DNA of 64,000 bases from an uncultured Bacteroidota bacterium. GTDB taxonomy: Bacteria; Bacteroidota; Ignavibacteria; UBA10030; UBA6906. The notes under the pieces were generated by a model. The model saw only the letters and a program-made list of their open reading frames with translations, made no database searches and was not told the DNA's origin. Both the position numbers and the translations under genes were made by a program. The number at the start of each line of letters is the position of its first letter. The first letter of the stretch is position 1. This document shows positions 1-9,910 of the stretch, in pieces. The stretch covers positions 128,001 to 192,000 of the forward strand of contig CAVOYH010000005.1 in assembly GCA_963700635.1 (NCBI GenBank), read 5' to 3'.

Positions 1-6
1 ATCCCC

Positions 7-897
7 ATGAACGTGCTCCGTCCGCTTTTCCATACCGCACTCCTGGTTACCCTTTGTTTCGCGCTCGCCGATGCGCAACCGAAAAAACGTATTGCCGTCG
101 CCCGCTTTGACGATGGTGCCGCATACCATGGGTGCGGCGCAGGGGTATCCGATATGCTCGCAACAGCGCTTGTGAAATCCGGAAAGTTTCTGGTTACCGA
201 ACGAAAAGATCTGGACAAGGTGCTGACCGAACAAAAACTTGGCGCAAGCGGCATCGTTACGGCAGAGACCGCTCCGGCCATGGGCCGCGTGCTGGGCGTT
301 GATATGATCGTCGTGGGCAGCGTTTCCGAATTGGGGACAAAAAAACGCGACGTTGGCGGCGGCATCGGGATTTTTGATGCCGGGGTTTCCTCGAAGACCG
401 CACGCGCGGCCGTGGATATCCGCCTGGTTAATACAACAACCGGCGAGATCATCGCTGCGGAGACTGAAGAAGGCACGGAATCAACTCTCGGCCTCGGAGT
501 TCGGTACGACGACATCAATTTCAGCGACATGAGTGCATGGGATGACACCGACCTCGGGAAGGCCGCACGCGAGGCGATCAACAACTGTGTCGAATTGATC
601 GTGGACAATATGGACGCGATTCCCTGGTCCGGCCGGGTCATCAAAGTGAATGCCGACGGAACCGTCCTCATGAAACCCGGTTCTGAAGGGAACATCACGT
701 CGGGGATGGAGGTGGAAGTCTACCAGCTCGGCGAGGAAATCAAGGATCCGGATACGGGGCTTTCCATGGGCAACGAGGAGACAAAAGTCGGCCGTCTCAA
801 GGTGGTATCCGACATGCTGAACGGGAAGGCCTGCAAGGCAAAGGTGGTGTCAGGGCAGGGGATGAAAACGGGAGATGTTGTCAGATTGCCCGAGTAA
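7..897 (+). CDS. CsgG/HfaB-family exported protein with C-terminal FlgT_C-like beta domain
   Basis: Signal peptide. CsgG-type motifs IAVARF, LATALVKSGKFLVTER, VDIRLVNTTTGEIIAA. C-terminal GEEIKDPDTG..LG..E..VG motif. Confidence 0.75.
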   Translation: MNVLRPLFHTALLVTLCFALADAQPKKRIAVARFDDGAAYHGCGAGVSDMLATALVKSGKFLVTERKDLDKVLTEQKLGASGIVTAETAPAMGRVLGVDMIVVGSVSELGTKKRDVGGGIGIFDAGVSSKTARAAVDIRLVNTTTGEIIAAETEEGTESTLGLGVRYDDINFSDMSAWDDTDLGKAAREAINNCVELIVDNMDAIPWSGRVIKVNADGTVLMKPGSEGNITSGMEVEVYQLGEEIKDPDTGLSMGNEETKVGRLKVVSDMLNGKACKAKVVSGQGMKTGDVVRLPE

Positions 898-928
898 ATC
901 TCAACGGCAGGGAGGGGGCGGACAGCGA

Positions 929-1543
929 CTATCGTAAAAAGGACGTATCGCCCGCTCCCTGCCGGATGATAACCGGCTCCTCTCCAGTCAGGTCCAGAAC
1001 GGTCGACTGCTCGGACATGAGCGGACCCGCGTCGAGTATTAACTCCACGGTGTTGCGGTACATATCGATGATTTCCGATGGATCGGTCAGAAAGACGCCC
1101 TTCTCGTCGGTGGCGCTTGTGCTCAGGATGGGATGTCCAAGCTGTTTGACGATCGCGAGCGTCGGTTCACTGGCAGGCACCCGCACGCCGACCGTCTTAC
1201 GCTTCGAGACAAGTATCCTGGGCACACTTTTCATCTTCGCTGCCGGCAGGATAAATGTGTACGGGCCGGGGATCAATCGCTTCATGATTTTGAATGCAGG
1301 ATTGCTGACGTGGGCATACCTGCTGATGTGTGTGAGGTCGGAACAGACAAAACTGAATGGCTTGTCTGCACGCTGCCGCTTGATAAGATATATCCGCTCA
1401 ATAGCCGTCTTGCTTTCGACGCTGCAGCCCAGTCCGTATACGGTGTCGGTCGGGTAAATCACGATGCCGCCGGCAGCGAGAACGTCCGCAGCCCGGTGGA
1501 TGGCCCGGGGTTCAGGGTGAGCGGTATGGATGGAGAGAATCAT
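929..1543 (-). CDS. L-threonylcarbamoyladenylate synthase family (TsaC/Sua5/YciO)
   Basis: YPTDTVYGLGC, IKRQRADKP, PGPYTFIL, STSA, STVLDL motifs. Confidence 0.9.
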   Translation of the reverse strand: MILSIHTAHPEPRAIHRAADVLAAGGIVIYPTDTVYGLGCSVESKTAIERIYLIKRQRADKPFSFVCSDLTHISRYAHVSNPAFKIMKRLIPGPYTFILPAAKMKSVPRILVSKRKTVGVRVPASEPTLAIVKQLGHPILSTSATDEKGVFLTDPSEIIDMYRNTVELILDAGPLMSEQSTVLDLTGEEPVIIRQGAGDTSFLR

Positions 1544-1591
1544 CGGCTCAGAGATTTCAGGAATTTAAAAACGTAAGAAGAATCGAGCAGA

Positions 1592-2908
1592 ATGGCAACC
1601 GGATCAACATGGCTGGTGACAATTGTGGGACGCCCGAACGTGGGGAAATCCACGTTGTTCAACCGCATCATCGGCCGGCGCCATGCAATCGTGGACGATA
1701 TGCCGGGGGTCACGCGCGACCGGCACTATGGTGAGGCCGACTGGGCCGGGAAAAACTTCACCCTTGTGGATACCGGTGGATTTGTCCCTGATTCCGATGA
1801 TACCATGGAAACCGCGATCCGCGAACAGGCTCAGATCGCCATCGAGGAAGCGAACGTGATCCTGTTTGTGGTGGATGCCGATGCGGGAATTGTGTCAACC
1901 GACCGTGAAATCGCCGAAATTCTCCGGAAGGCCGGCAAACGTGTGGTCCTTGTGGCGAATAAGAGTGACGGAGAAAAGAAAGAAAGCGGATCGACGGAAT
2001 TCTATCAACTCGGGCTGGGAGATCCGGTCCCCGTGTCGGCGCTCGGAGGACGGAAAATTGGTGATCTGCTGGACCTGATCACCCGCGACATTCCCGCGGC
2101 CCCGGCGCTTGATCAGGATCCCCGCGTGAAGATTTCCATCATCGGAAAACCCAATGTCGGCAAATCGTCACTGGTGAACGCGCTGCTCCAGGAAGACCGC
2201 CACATTGTCACCGAAATACCAGGGACGACCCGCGACCCGATTGATGCCGTGCTCAAATATTACGGCGAGGAGTTTCTTCTCATCGATACCGCCGGACTAC
2301 GCCGGAAGAGCAAAGTCAAGGAGTCCGTGGAACTGTACAGCGCGCTCCGAACGATCAAGAGTATTGAACGATGTGATGTTGCGGTGATCATGATCGATGC
2401 GATAGAAGGTGTCGAGCATCAGGATCTGCGGATCATAGAAACCGCGATGGAGAAAAAGACCCCGGCAATCATCGCCGTGAACAAATGGGATCTGGTTGAA
2501 AAGGACGACCGCACCGCTCCGGCCTATGAGCGCGCAATACGCGAACGCCTGCGCATCTATGATTTTCTCCCTGTACTCTTCCTTTCTGCCATCACACGCC
2601 AGCGTATTTATAAACTCATCGAGATCGTGAAGCAGATACATCAGGAGGCGCAGAAGCGGATCACCACCAGCCGGCTTAATGACCTGATCCTTCCGGAGAT
2701 TTCGTCCCATCCGCCACGGAGCAGATCGGGTAAAGAGATCAAGATCAAGTTCATCACGCAGGTGAAGGCCTCTCCGCCGGTCTTCGCCTTCTTCTGTAAT
2801 GACCCCCGCCTGGTCGAGGACACCTACATCCGCTTTCTGGAAAACCGGTTGCGTGACCACTTCGGGTTCACAGGTGTTCCTCTGGTGATCACACTGAAGA
2901 AAAAATGA
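1592..2908 (+). CDS. der: ribosome biogenesis GTPase Der (EngA)
   Basis: Two G-domains (GRPNVGKS..DTGG; GKPNVGKS..DTAG..NKWD) plus KH-like C-terminus YIRFLENRLR. Confidence 0.97.
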   Translation: MATGSTWLVTIVGRPNVGKSTLFNRIIGRRHAIVDDMPGVTRDRHYGEADWAGKNFTLVDTGGFVPDSDDTMETAIREQAQIAIEEANVILFVVDADAGIVSTDREIAEILRKAGKRVVLVANKSDGEKKESGSTEFYQLGLGDPVPVSALGGRKIGDLLDLITRDIPAAPALDQDPRVKISIIGKPNVGKSSLVNALLQEDRHIVTEIPGTTRDPIDAVLKYYGEEFLLIDTAGLRRKSKVKESVELYSALRTIKSIERCDVAVIMIDAIEGVEHQDLRIIETAMEKKTPAIIAVNKWDLVEKDDRTAPAYERAIRERLRIYDFLPVLFLSAITRQRIYKLIEIVKQIHQEAQKRITTSRLNDLILPEISSHPPRSRSGKEIKIKFITQVKASPPVFAFFCNDPRLVEDTYIRFLENRLRDHFGFTGVPLVITLKKK

Positions 2909-4284
2909 ACGGACCACCACGGACAATTATTGTTGTCGGAGGAGTGGCGGCAGGCCCGAGTGCGGCCAGCAAAGCAGCCCGCACGGACCCGAATGCGCGG
3001 GTAATCCTGATCGAACAATCCGACACGATTTCCTACGGTATCTGTGAACTGCCGTATTTTATCGCCGGGCAGGTCCCGCAGAAAGATCTTGTTGTCCATA
3101 CGGCCGAAAGCCTGAAACGTGAGAAGGGCGTGGACGTTCGCCTTCTGCACCGGGTTGAAGAAATTCACCCGGGAGCCCGCCGTCTACGCGTCCGGGATAT
3201 TCAATCGGGACGCGTGTCCGACATGCCTTTTGACCGGCTTATTCTTGCGACCGGGGCCAGCCCCCGCCGGCTGGGTGTACCGGGAGAAGATGCACGGAAT
3301 GTCTTCCACATCCGGACCCTTGACGGGGCAGTCCACCTCCACCACTTCATCGAACAGGAACATCCCCGCCGTGCCGTCATCGTCGGCGCCGGCTACATCG
3401 GGGTGGAAATGGCGGAAGCGCTCCGCTCGCGCGGCATGGATGTCACCATGCTCCAGTCACACGAACTGCCTTTGACCGGAATGGCGGACATTGCCCGCGA
3501 AGCCATCCACCAGACACTACTCCGCCACGGTGTTACCTTCAGAGGTGGCGAAACACCCGTCACGATCGCTACACGGCCCGATGGGACGGCAACACACGTG
3601 CTGACACCGCATGGGACGTATCCGGCGGACCTGGTCGTGGTAGCCATCGGTGTTGTGCCCAATACCGCTCTGGCAGTGGGAGCGGGCATCCGGGTAGGCC
3701 GTTCGGGCGGTATCCTCCCCGACCAGCGACAACACACGTCCGTGCACAACATTTTTGCCGCAGGAGATTGTTGCGAGGTGCGCAACCGGATAACAGGCAC
3801 CTCGATGTATGCGCCCCTTGCGACCATCGCGAGCAGAGCCGGATGGGTGGCAGGAACGAACGCTGCGGGTGGACGGGCGCGGTTTGAAGGCGCGCTTCGT
3901 TCGGTTGCCGTCAAAGTGTTTGAGCTCGAAATCGTCAGGCTTGGCCTGAGCGAAACGGAAGCGCGGGAATCAGGATTTACGCCCGTGTGCCAGACTATCA
4001 CGGCACGGTCCCGCGTCGGGATGATGCCCGGCAGCAGAGCACTCTCCGTCACCCTCATCGCGGACCGGGCCTCGGGACAGTTGTTGGGTGGTACACTGTT
4101 CGGCGAAGAGGGTGCGGTCTTACGCGGCAACGCTCTCGCCGTGGCTTTGCAGCAGCGATGTACCGTGGACGACCTCAGGTCGACCGATTTCGCGTATGCC
4201 CCCACATTCAGTCCACTCTGGGACCCCCTGCTTGTCGCAGCCAACGCTCTCGCGCGAGAGCTTCATCCATCGGACCGATCATGA
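2905..4284 (+). CDS. CoA-disulfide reductase / NADH oxidase family flavoprotein
   Basis: GGVAAG FAD site, SYGICELPY redox Cys, GAGYIG NAD(P) site, YAPTFSPLWDP C-terminus. Confidence 0.85.
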   Translation: MNGPPRTIIVVGGVAAGPSAASKAARTDPNARVILIEQSDTISYGICELPYFIAGQVPQKDLVVHTAESLKREKGVDVRLLHRVEEIHPGARRLRVRDIQSGRVSDMPFDRLILATGASPRRLGVPGEDARNVFHIRTLDGAVHLHHFIEQEHPRRAVIVGAGYIGVEMAEALRSRGMDVTMLQSHELPLTGMADIAREAIHQTLLRHGVTFRGGETPVTIATRPDGTATHVLTPHGTYPADLVVVAIGVVPNTALAVGAGIRVGRSGGILPDQRQHTSVHNIFAAGDCCEVRNRITGTSMYAPLATIASRAGWVAGTNAAGGRARFEGALRSVAVKVFELEIVRLGLSETEARESGFTPVCQTITARSRVGMMPGSRALSVTLIADRASGQLLGGTLFGEEGAVLRGNALAVALQQRCTVDDLRSTDFAYAPTFSPLWDPLLVAANALARELHPSDRS

Positions 4285-4907
4285 AAAACCTGACCATCAT
4301 CGACCATCCCCTCATCAAACGTGACGTTGCGATTCTGCGCGACACCACGACCAGTAACCATCTGTTCCGCACCACCCTCCGGCGGATTTCATCGATTATG
4401 GCATTCACCGTCACGCACGATCTCCGTGTGCGGAAAACCAGGGTACGCACTCCGCTGGAACGGACGACCGGATACATCCTCGCGGACGACATTGTGATCG
4501 TTCCGGTTTTGCGCGCGGGGTTGGGGCTCATCGATGGGTTTATGGATGTCCTACCGGAGGCGCGCGTCGGACACGTCGGGCTTTACCGGAATGAGAAAAC
4601 GCTCGAGCCGGTTGATTACTATTCGAAATTTCCCCAGGGGCTGGGGAAAAGCCGTGTTCTGCTCCTTGATCCGATGCTTGCCACGGGGGGGAGCGCAACG
4701 GCTGCGATTTCATTTCTAAAACGGAGGGGCGCCCGGCATATCCGGTTCGTGGCGCTAGTCGCCGCTCCGGAAGGGGTAAAACGGGTTACCACAGCCCACC
4801 CTGATGTACCCGTCTTTTCAGCTGTTCTGGACCGCGCACTGAACAAATCCGGATACATCCTTCCCGGTCTCGGTGACGCCGGGGATCGGATGTTCGGCAC
4901 GGAATAG
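4281..4907 (+). CDS. upp: uracil phosphoribosyltransferase
   Basis: PVLRAG, GHVGLYR, LLDPMLATGGS, YILPGLGDAGDR. Start moved to the ATG at 4281, which overlaps the upstream stop (ATGA). Confidence 0.96.
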   Translation: MKNLTIIDHPLIKRDVAILRDTTTSNHLFRTTLRRISSIMAFTVTHDLRVRKTRVRTPLERTTGYILADDIVIVPVLRAGLGLIDGFMDVLPEARVGHVGLYRNEKTLEPVDYYSKFPQGLGKSRVLLLDPMLATGGSATAAISFLKRRGARHIRFVALVAAPEGVKRVTTAHPDVPVFSAVLDRALNKSGYILPGLGDAGDRMFGTE

Positions 4908-5036
4908 GAGTGTGCCTGCCTCAAGTGCTACTTGATTATCGGGCTCGTACGACCTATATTTTCTGGTGATTCCGTTATCTGAACTTCCCAATCGGACGGG
5001 CTGTTCTTACTATAAAGAGCACCACACTTCTGCGCG

Positions 5037-7244
5037 ATGCAGAAGGTACGGGCACCGATGACAAACCCCAAGTACAAGAAGAAGCTTGACGACCTGCTGG
5101 TGCTGTGCCAGAAGAGCCTGCCGCGGGTAGATGAAGCGCTCATACGGCGCGCTTTCGACTTTGGTTTTAATGCCCACCGCCATGATATCCGCGCCTCCGG
5201 TGAACCCTATTTTGACCACCCCTACGCCGTTGCCAAGATTGTAGCCAAGGAAATCGCCCTGGACGACGTGTCGGTTGCGTCCGCACTGCTCCATGACGTC
5301 GCCGAAGACACGGAATACCAGATCAAAGACATCCGCGAGGAGTTCGGCAACACCATCGCTGAAATTGTTGACGGCGTGACAAAGATCTCCGATATCTTCA
5401 AGAGTCATGACGTCACCCAGGCCGAGAGTTACCGCAAGATGCTGCTCTCGATGGTGAATGATATCCGCGTGATGCTGGTCAAGTTCGGAGACCGCCTGCA
5501 TAATATGCGCACGCTGGAATACCTGCCACTGGAAAAACAGCGGCGCCTGTCCAAGGAAACACTGGACATTTATGCTCCGTTTGCCCACCGGTTCGGACTG
5601 GCAAACGTCAAGTGGGAACTGGAAGACCTCTCGTTCAAGCATCTGCACCGGGAAGCGTACGACCAGATCGCCCGCGATCTGAAGTCCCGGCGAAGGGAAC
5701 GTGAACATTATATCCGCAAGTTTTCCTCGCCCATCGAAAAACGGCTGCGCGACGAGGGGTTTAAATTTGAAATCAGCGGCCGCCCCAAACACATCTACAG
5801 CATCTATAACAAGATGATCAAGCGGAACAAGCCGCTTGAAGAAGTGTACGACCTCTTTGCCGTCCGGATTATCCTGGACACGAAGGATCCCAACGACTGC
5901 TTTGCGGTGTACGGCACGGTCTCCGATATCTATATGCCGAATCCGGAACGGTTCAAGAACTACATCTCCGTCCCCAAGAAAAACGGGTATCAGTCCATCC
6001 ATACGACTGTCGTCGGACCGGACGGGAAAATGGTGGAGGTGCAGATCCGGACCATGAACATGCACGAGGTGGCTGAAAAGGGTGTGGCGGCGCACTGGGC
6101 ATACAAGGATAGCGCCGCGTCCGTGGATCCCGAACTCACCAACTGGGTGAGCTGGGTACGGGAAATTTTTGAGAGTTCGGCAGAAGGTCAGGTCCCGACC
6201 CAGCAACTCCTGGAAAGCTTCAAGCTGAATCTCTACCAGGATGAAATTTATGTCTTCACTCCGAAAGGCGAGCTAAAGATTCTGCCCAGTGCCTCAACGC
6301 CCATCGACTTCGCCTATGAGATCCACTCAAAAGTGGGCGACCACTGCATCGCGGCCAAAGTGAACGGCCGGATCGTCCCCCTGGATACACAATTGAGAAG
6401 CGGGGACCAGGTGGAAATTCTGACCTCAAAAAACCAGACCCCGAATCCGGACTGGGAGAAGTTTGTCGGCACGCACAAAGCCAAATCCCATATCCGCCGA
6501 TGGATCAAGGACGAACAACGTAAGGCCATCGATGAAGGGAAAGAGTTATGGGAACGGCGGCTCAAGCGCGCCAAGGTGAGTATCAGTGACGATGACATGA
6601 CCCGGTTTGTGCGGGACAAGAAAATGGAGAACATTTCCCTGTTCTATCTCGGCGTGCGGGAGGGCAAGATTGACGCCGATGAAGTTATTGCGTTGTACCA
6701 GGAGGAACAAAAACATCCGCAACCGGTCGTTGCGGACGACTCCCGCATTGACGGACTCTTCAACAGGTTTATCTCGACGGCACGGAGCGCCTCCGGTGGG
6801 ATTGTGCTCGACGGCACCCATGATAACTTCATGCACAATTATGCCAAATGCTGCCAGCCAATCCCGGGCGATGAGGTGGTCGGGTTCGTGACAACGGGAG
6901 AGGGAGTCAAGATCCACCGGCGCACATGCCATAACATCCAGGCCATGATGAAGAATGACAGCAAACGTATTGTGGATGTGCAATGGCCGTCGGACAACGG
7001 CGTGTTGTTTGTGAGCGGCGTGCGTGTGGCCGGCGACGACCGGCCCTCCATGCTCAACGATCTTACCCATGCCATTTCAACGCATAACAACACCAACATC
7101 CGGAGCGTCAACATCGCATCGGAAGACGGACATTTTGAGGGGACGTTTATCCTGAATGTTGAGAACACGGAGCATTTGAAGGGTGTTCTTGAGAAGATCA
7201 AAAGGGTGCAGGGGATCCGCAGCGCCGAGCGATTCGAGGAGTAG
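5037..7244 (+). CDS. relA: bifunctional (p)ppGpp synthetase/hydrolase (long RSH)
   Basis: HD hydrolase (LLHDVAEDT), synthetase (YQSIHT, EVQIRT), TGS, CC and ACT domains. Start could be the ATG at 5058. Confidence 0.95.
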   Translation: MQKVRAPMTNPKYKKKLDDLLVLCQKSLPRVDEALIRRAFDFGFNAHRHDIRASGEPYFDHPYAVAKIVAKEIALDDVSVASALLHDVAEDTEYQIKDIREEFGNTIAEIVDGVTKISDIFKSHDVTQAESYRKMLLSMVNDIRVMLVKFGDRLHNMRTLEYLPLEKQRRLSKETLDIYAPFAHRFGLANVKWELEDLSFKHLHREAYDQIARDLKSRRREREHYIRKFSSPIEKRLRDEGFKFEISGRPKHIYSIYNKMIKRNKPLEEVYDLFAVRIILDTKDPNDCFAVYGTVSDIYMPNPERFKNYISVPKKNGYQSIHTTVVGPDGKMVEVQIRTMNMHEVAEKGVAAHWAYKDSAASVDPELTNWVSWVREIFESSAEGQVPTQQLLESFKLNLYQDEIYVFTPKGELKILPSASTPIDFAYEIHSKVGDHCIAAKVNGRIVPLDTQLRSGDQVEILTSKNQTPNPDWEKFVGTHKAKSHIRRWIKDEQRKAIDEGKELWERRLKRAKVSISDDDMTRFVRDKKMENISLFYLGVREGKIDADEVIALYQEEQKHPQPVVADDSRIDGLFNRFISTARSASGGIVLDGTHDNFMHNYAKCCQPIPGDEVVGFVTTGEGVKIHRRTCHNIQAMMKNDSKRIVDVQWPSDNGVLFVSGVRVAGDDRPSMLNDLTHAISTHNNTNIRSVNIASEDGHFEGTFILNVENTEHLKGVLEKIKRVQGIRSAERFEE

Positions 7245-7246
7245 GG

Positions 7247-7693
7247 ATGGTGCCTGACACGCCGGGGCGGGTTCTGGGAATCGATTACGGTAGCAAGCGG
7301 GTCGGTCTTGCCTTGAGCGACCCTTTGCGCGTGATCGCCGGACCGGTCGGGACATGGAATAACGACGGGACGCTGCTTGAGCGGCTCGCAACTCTGATGG
7401 CCGGTGAGAATGTTACACTGGTGGTTGTCGGGATGCCCTATGCGCCCGACGGTGGCAAGGGGGCAAAAGCCAGGGAGGTTGACGGGTTTATTGCGCAGCT
7501 CAAACGTTTACATCCCGTACCGGTCGTCGAGTGGGATGAAAGTTATACGAGTATTGAAGCCAAACGCGTCCTGATCGCCGGAGGGAAACGACGCAAACAG
7601 AGACGTGCACGCGGTGCAGTCGATCTTATGGCTGCGCGCCTTCTCCTCCAGCAGTATCTTGATGCACAACCGGTTCCGTCACGATCCTCATAA
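7247..7693 (+). CDS. ruvX: Holliday junction resolvase-like / pre-16S rRNA nuclease YqgF
   Basis: LGIDYGSKRVGLALSD, VVGMP, WDESYTS, VDLMAARLLLQQYLD. Confidence 0.93.
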   Translation: MVPDTPGRVLGIDYGSKRVGLALSDPLRVIAGPVGTWNNDGTLLERLATLMAGENVTLVVVGMPYAPDGGKGAKAREVDGFIAQLKRLHPVPVVEWDESYTSIEAKRVLIAGGKRRKQRRARGAVDLMAARLLLQQYLDAQPVPSRSS

Positions 7694-7699
7694 AAACCC

Positions 7700-8590
7700 G
7701 TGCCCATCCCGTCACTCACACCCGAAGCCGCGCCTCCGGTCGGTCCGTTCCGGGGCGCCCTGCGATGGGTGCGCACGCACAAATTCAAAACCATGCTGTT
7801 TCTGGTCGGCGCGTTTCTGCTCTATGAGATCCTGACCATTCCGTTTTTCAGCATCGTGGGACTCCAGGCGAACACTCCGGGGGAGACCGCATTAATGCGG
7901 CAGCGGGTGCGTGAGGCAGGGCGTGAAGGGAAATCGCTGCGAATCGTGCACACATGGATTCCGATCTCACGGTTGCCCAAATATGTGCTCGATGCCATCG
8001 TCGTGGCGGAGGATGGTACGTTCTACGAACATGGAGGCATTGACTGGTTTGAGGTGCAGGAATCGTTCGAACGGAATATTGAAGAAGGACGCGCCGCCCG
8101 GGGTGCCAGCACGATTACGCAGCAGCTCGCGAAAAACCTGTTTCTTTCCACATCCAAAGACCCGGTGCGGAAACTGAAAGAAGTGTTGATTACCGTGCTG
8201 ATGGAAGGCAGTCTGAGCAAACAGAGGATTCTCGAGTTGTATGTAAACCTGATTGAATGGGGACGCGGAATATTTGGCATCGAAGCTGCAGCCCGCACGT
8301 TCTTTGGCAAATCTGCTTCGGCGTTGACGCTGGACGAAGCGACCAGGCTTGCGGCGGTGATTCCGAGCCCTCTGCGCCACCGGCCCGATGACAACTCGAG
8401 ATATGTGCTGCGGCGCAAGAATATCGTGCTCAACAGGATGTCCGCACGCCGGTACTTTTTCAAATCCACAGAAGAGGAGAATCAATCAAGATCACTCGAA
8501 CAGTCTCCCGAGGGTGAAGGCCCCGTTGCCGCTCCACCAGAAGCGCCACCCGAGCCTCCGGATACCAGTACCACAGACCAGGGAAGCTGA
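7700..8590 (+). CDS. mtgA: monofunctional peptidoglycan transglycosylase
   Basis: AEDGTFYEHGGID, GASTITQQLAKNLFL, RKLKE, KQRILELYVN; N-terminal TM helix. Confidence 0.92.
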   Translation: MPIPSLTPEAAPPVGPFRGALRWVRTHKFKTMLFLVGAFLLYEILTIPFFSIVGLQANTPGETALMRQRVREAGREGKSLRIVHTWIPISRLPKYVLDAIVVAEDGTFYEHGGIDWFEVQESFERNIEEGRAARGASTITQQLAKNLFLSTSKDPVRKLKEVLITVLMEGSLSKQRILELYVNLIEWGRGIFGIEAAARTFFGKSASALTLDEATRLAAVIPSPLRHRPDDNSRYVLRRKNIVLNRMSARRYFFKSTEEENQSRSLEQSPEGEGPVAAPPEAPPEPPDTSTTDQGS

Positions 8591-8591
8591 C

Positions 8592-9260
8592 ATGGATTAC
8601 AAAGACGTGAACCGTCTCATCGAAGAGGGCGAAGGTTTTACGATCGAGTTCAAACGGAAGTTTTCAACACAGGAAAAGATCGCGCGGGCATTGATCGCAT
8701 TTGCGAACACGAAAGGCGGACATGTTCTTTTCGGAGTGGGTGACGATGGATCGATCGTGGGAGTCGAAAGCGAAAAAAGCGAAGTGGACCTGATCCATGA
8801 AGCCGGGATGGACTTCTGTGTCCCGGAGATCCGCCCGGACATTGATATTGTTCCATTCAACGGCAAGGACGTGGTCGTTGCCACGGTGCAGGAAAGTGAC
8901 GACAAGCCACACTATTTTACGGGAGAATCGAACGGGTATCCCAATGGGGCGGGGACGAGGGTCTATATCCGCGTCAACGACAAAACCGTAATGGCCAGCA
9001 AGGAAGTAGTCAAGATTCTCAGGGATGAGCGGCCTGATTCACCGCCGATGCGTATTGAAATAGGGGAGAATGAGAAACGCCTCTTCCGGCATCTGGATGT
9101 TCACGAGCGGATTACCGCAAAGGAGTTCAGCAATCTTGTGAACATCTCGGAGCACCGTGCATCCCGGATCCTCGTGTCACTGGTGCGGGCAGGCGTGGTG
9201 CGTATTCACACGCTGGAAAAGACCGACTTCTTCACCCTGGCCTACGACGTGCTCAAGTAG
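8592..9260 (+). CDS. Schlafen/AlbA_2 domain protein with C-terminal winged HTH
   Basis: EGEGFTIEFK, IAFANTKGG.VLFGV.DDG.IVGV, YIRVND. Start at the ATG at 8592, directly after the mtgA stop. Confidence 0.8.
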   Translation: MDYKDVNRLIEEGEGFTIEFKRKFSTQEKIARALIAFANTKGGHVLFGVGDDGSIVGVESEKSEVDLIHEAGMDFCVPEIRPDIDIVPFNGKDVVVATVQESDDKPHYFTGESNGYPNGAGTRVYIRVNDKTVMASKEVVKILRDERPDSPPMRIEIGENEKRLFRHLDVHERITAKEFSNLVNISEHRASRILVSLVRAGVVRIHTLEKTDFFTLAYDVLK

Positions 9261-9810
9261 ATGCTCCGGACCGGGCAATGCGGATCATCTCGAAAACAAC
9301 AATTCCATAGGCGACGGCAACATTGAGGGACTGTTTGGCCCCGAACATGGGTATTTCAATGGCCAGGTCCGCTGCCTCAAGAAACACTGGAGACACTCCT
9401 GTTAACTCATTGCCAATAATGAGACATAAGGGAAATTGATCTAACGTGATATCTGTGTATGCCACGCTCTTGTTCGTGTGCTCCACGACGCACAACCGGA
9501 TTCCTTTCTCCCTCAGAACCTTGATGGCGTCAGCGGGATCACGATGGTAGGTCCAGGGGACTGTTTCCGTGGCTCCCAGAGCGGTTTTTTTGATCTCGTT
9601 CCGCGGTGGGTGAGGAGTAAAGCCTGTCAGTAGTAGCCCTTCAATCCGTGCTCCGTCAGAGGTCCTGAAAATCGACCCGACATTGTACATGCTCCGGATG
9701 TTGTCCAAAAGGGCGTATACCGGGTTTCTGGGAGCACTGTGGACCTCGTCCCCGGAGAGCCGGCGGTCAACGAGTTCCTGGTGGCTGAGTTTTTGGATTC
9801 TGGAGATCAT
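9253..9810 (-). CDS. SpoU/TrmH family RNA methyltransferase
   Basis: LDNIRSMYNVGSIFRT, IIGNELTGV, IEIPMFG.KQSLNVAVA. ATG at 9810 chosen as start. Confidence 0.9.
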   Translation of the reverse strand: MISRIQKLSHQELVDRRLSGDEVHSAPRNPVYALLDNIRSMYNVGSIFRTSDGARIEGLLLTGFTPHPPRNEIKKTALGATETVPWTYHRDPADAIKVLREKGIRLCVVEHTNKSVAYTDITLDQFPLCLIIGNELTGVSPVFLEAADLAIEIPMFGAKQSLNVAVAYGIVVFEMIRIARSGAST

Positions 9811-9910
9811 GGTTGTGAGTGGGAAGATACGGGATTTCAGTGAAGGAAGCAAAGAAGTTGCTGATTATTGTCCATTTGCGTATATTTAATTCTTACGTAA
9901 TGACGTCTCT

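Noticed and set aside
5010-6206. Long antisense ORFs (also 10225-11187, 11184-12320, 45600-46661, 37938-38744 and others)
   Set aside because: They are shadows of well-supported genes on the opposite strand in GC-rich DNA and show no recognisable motifs.
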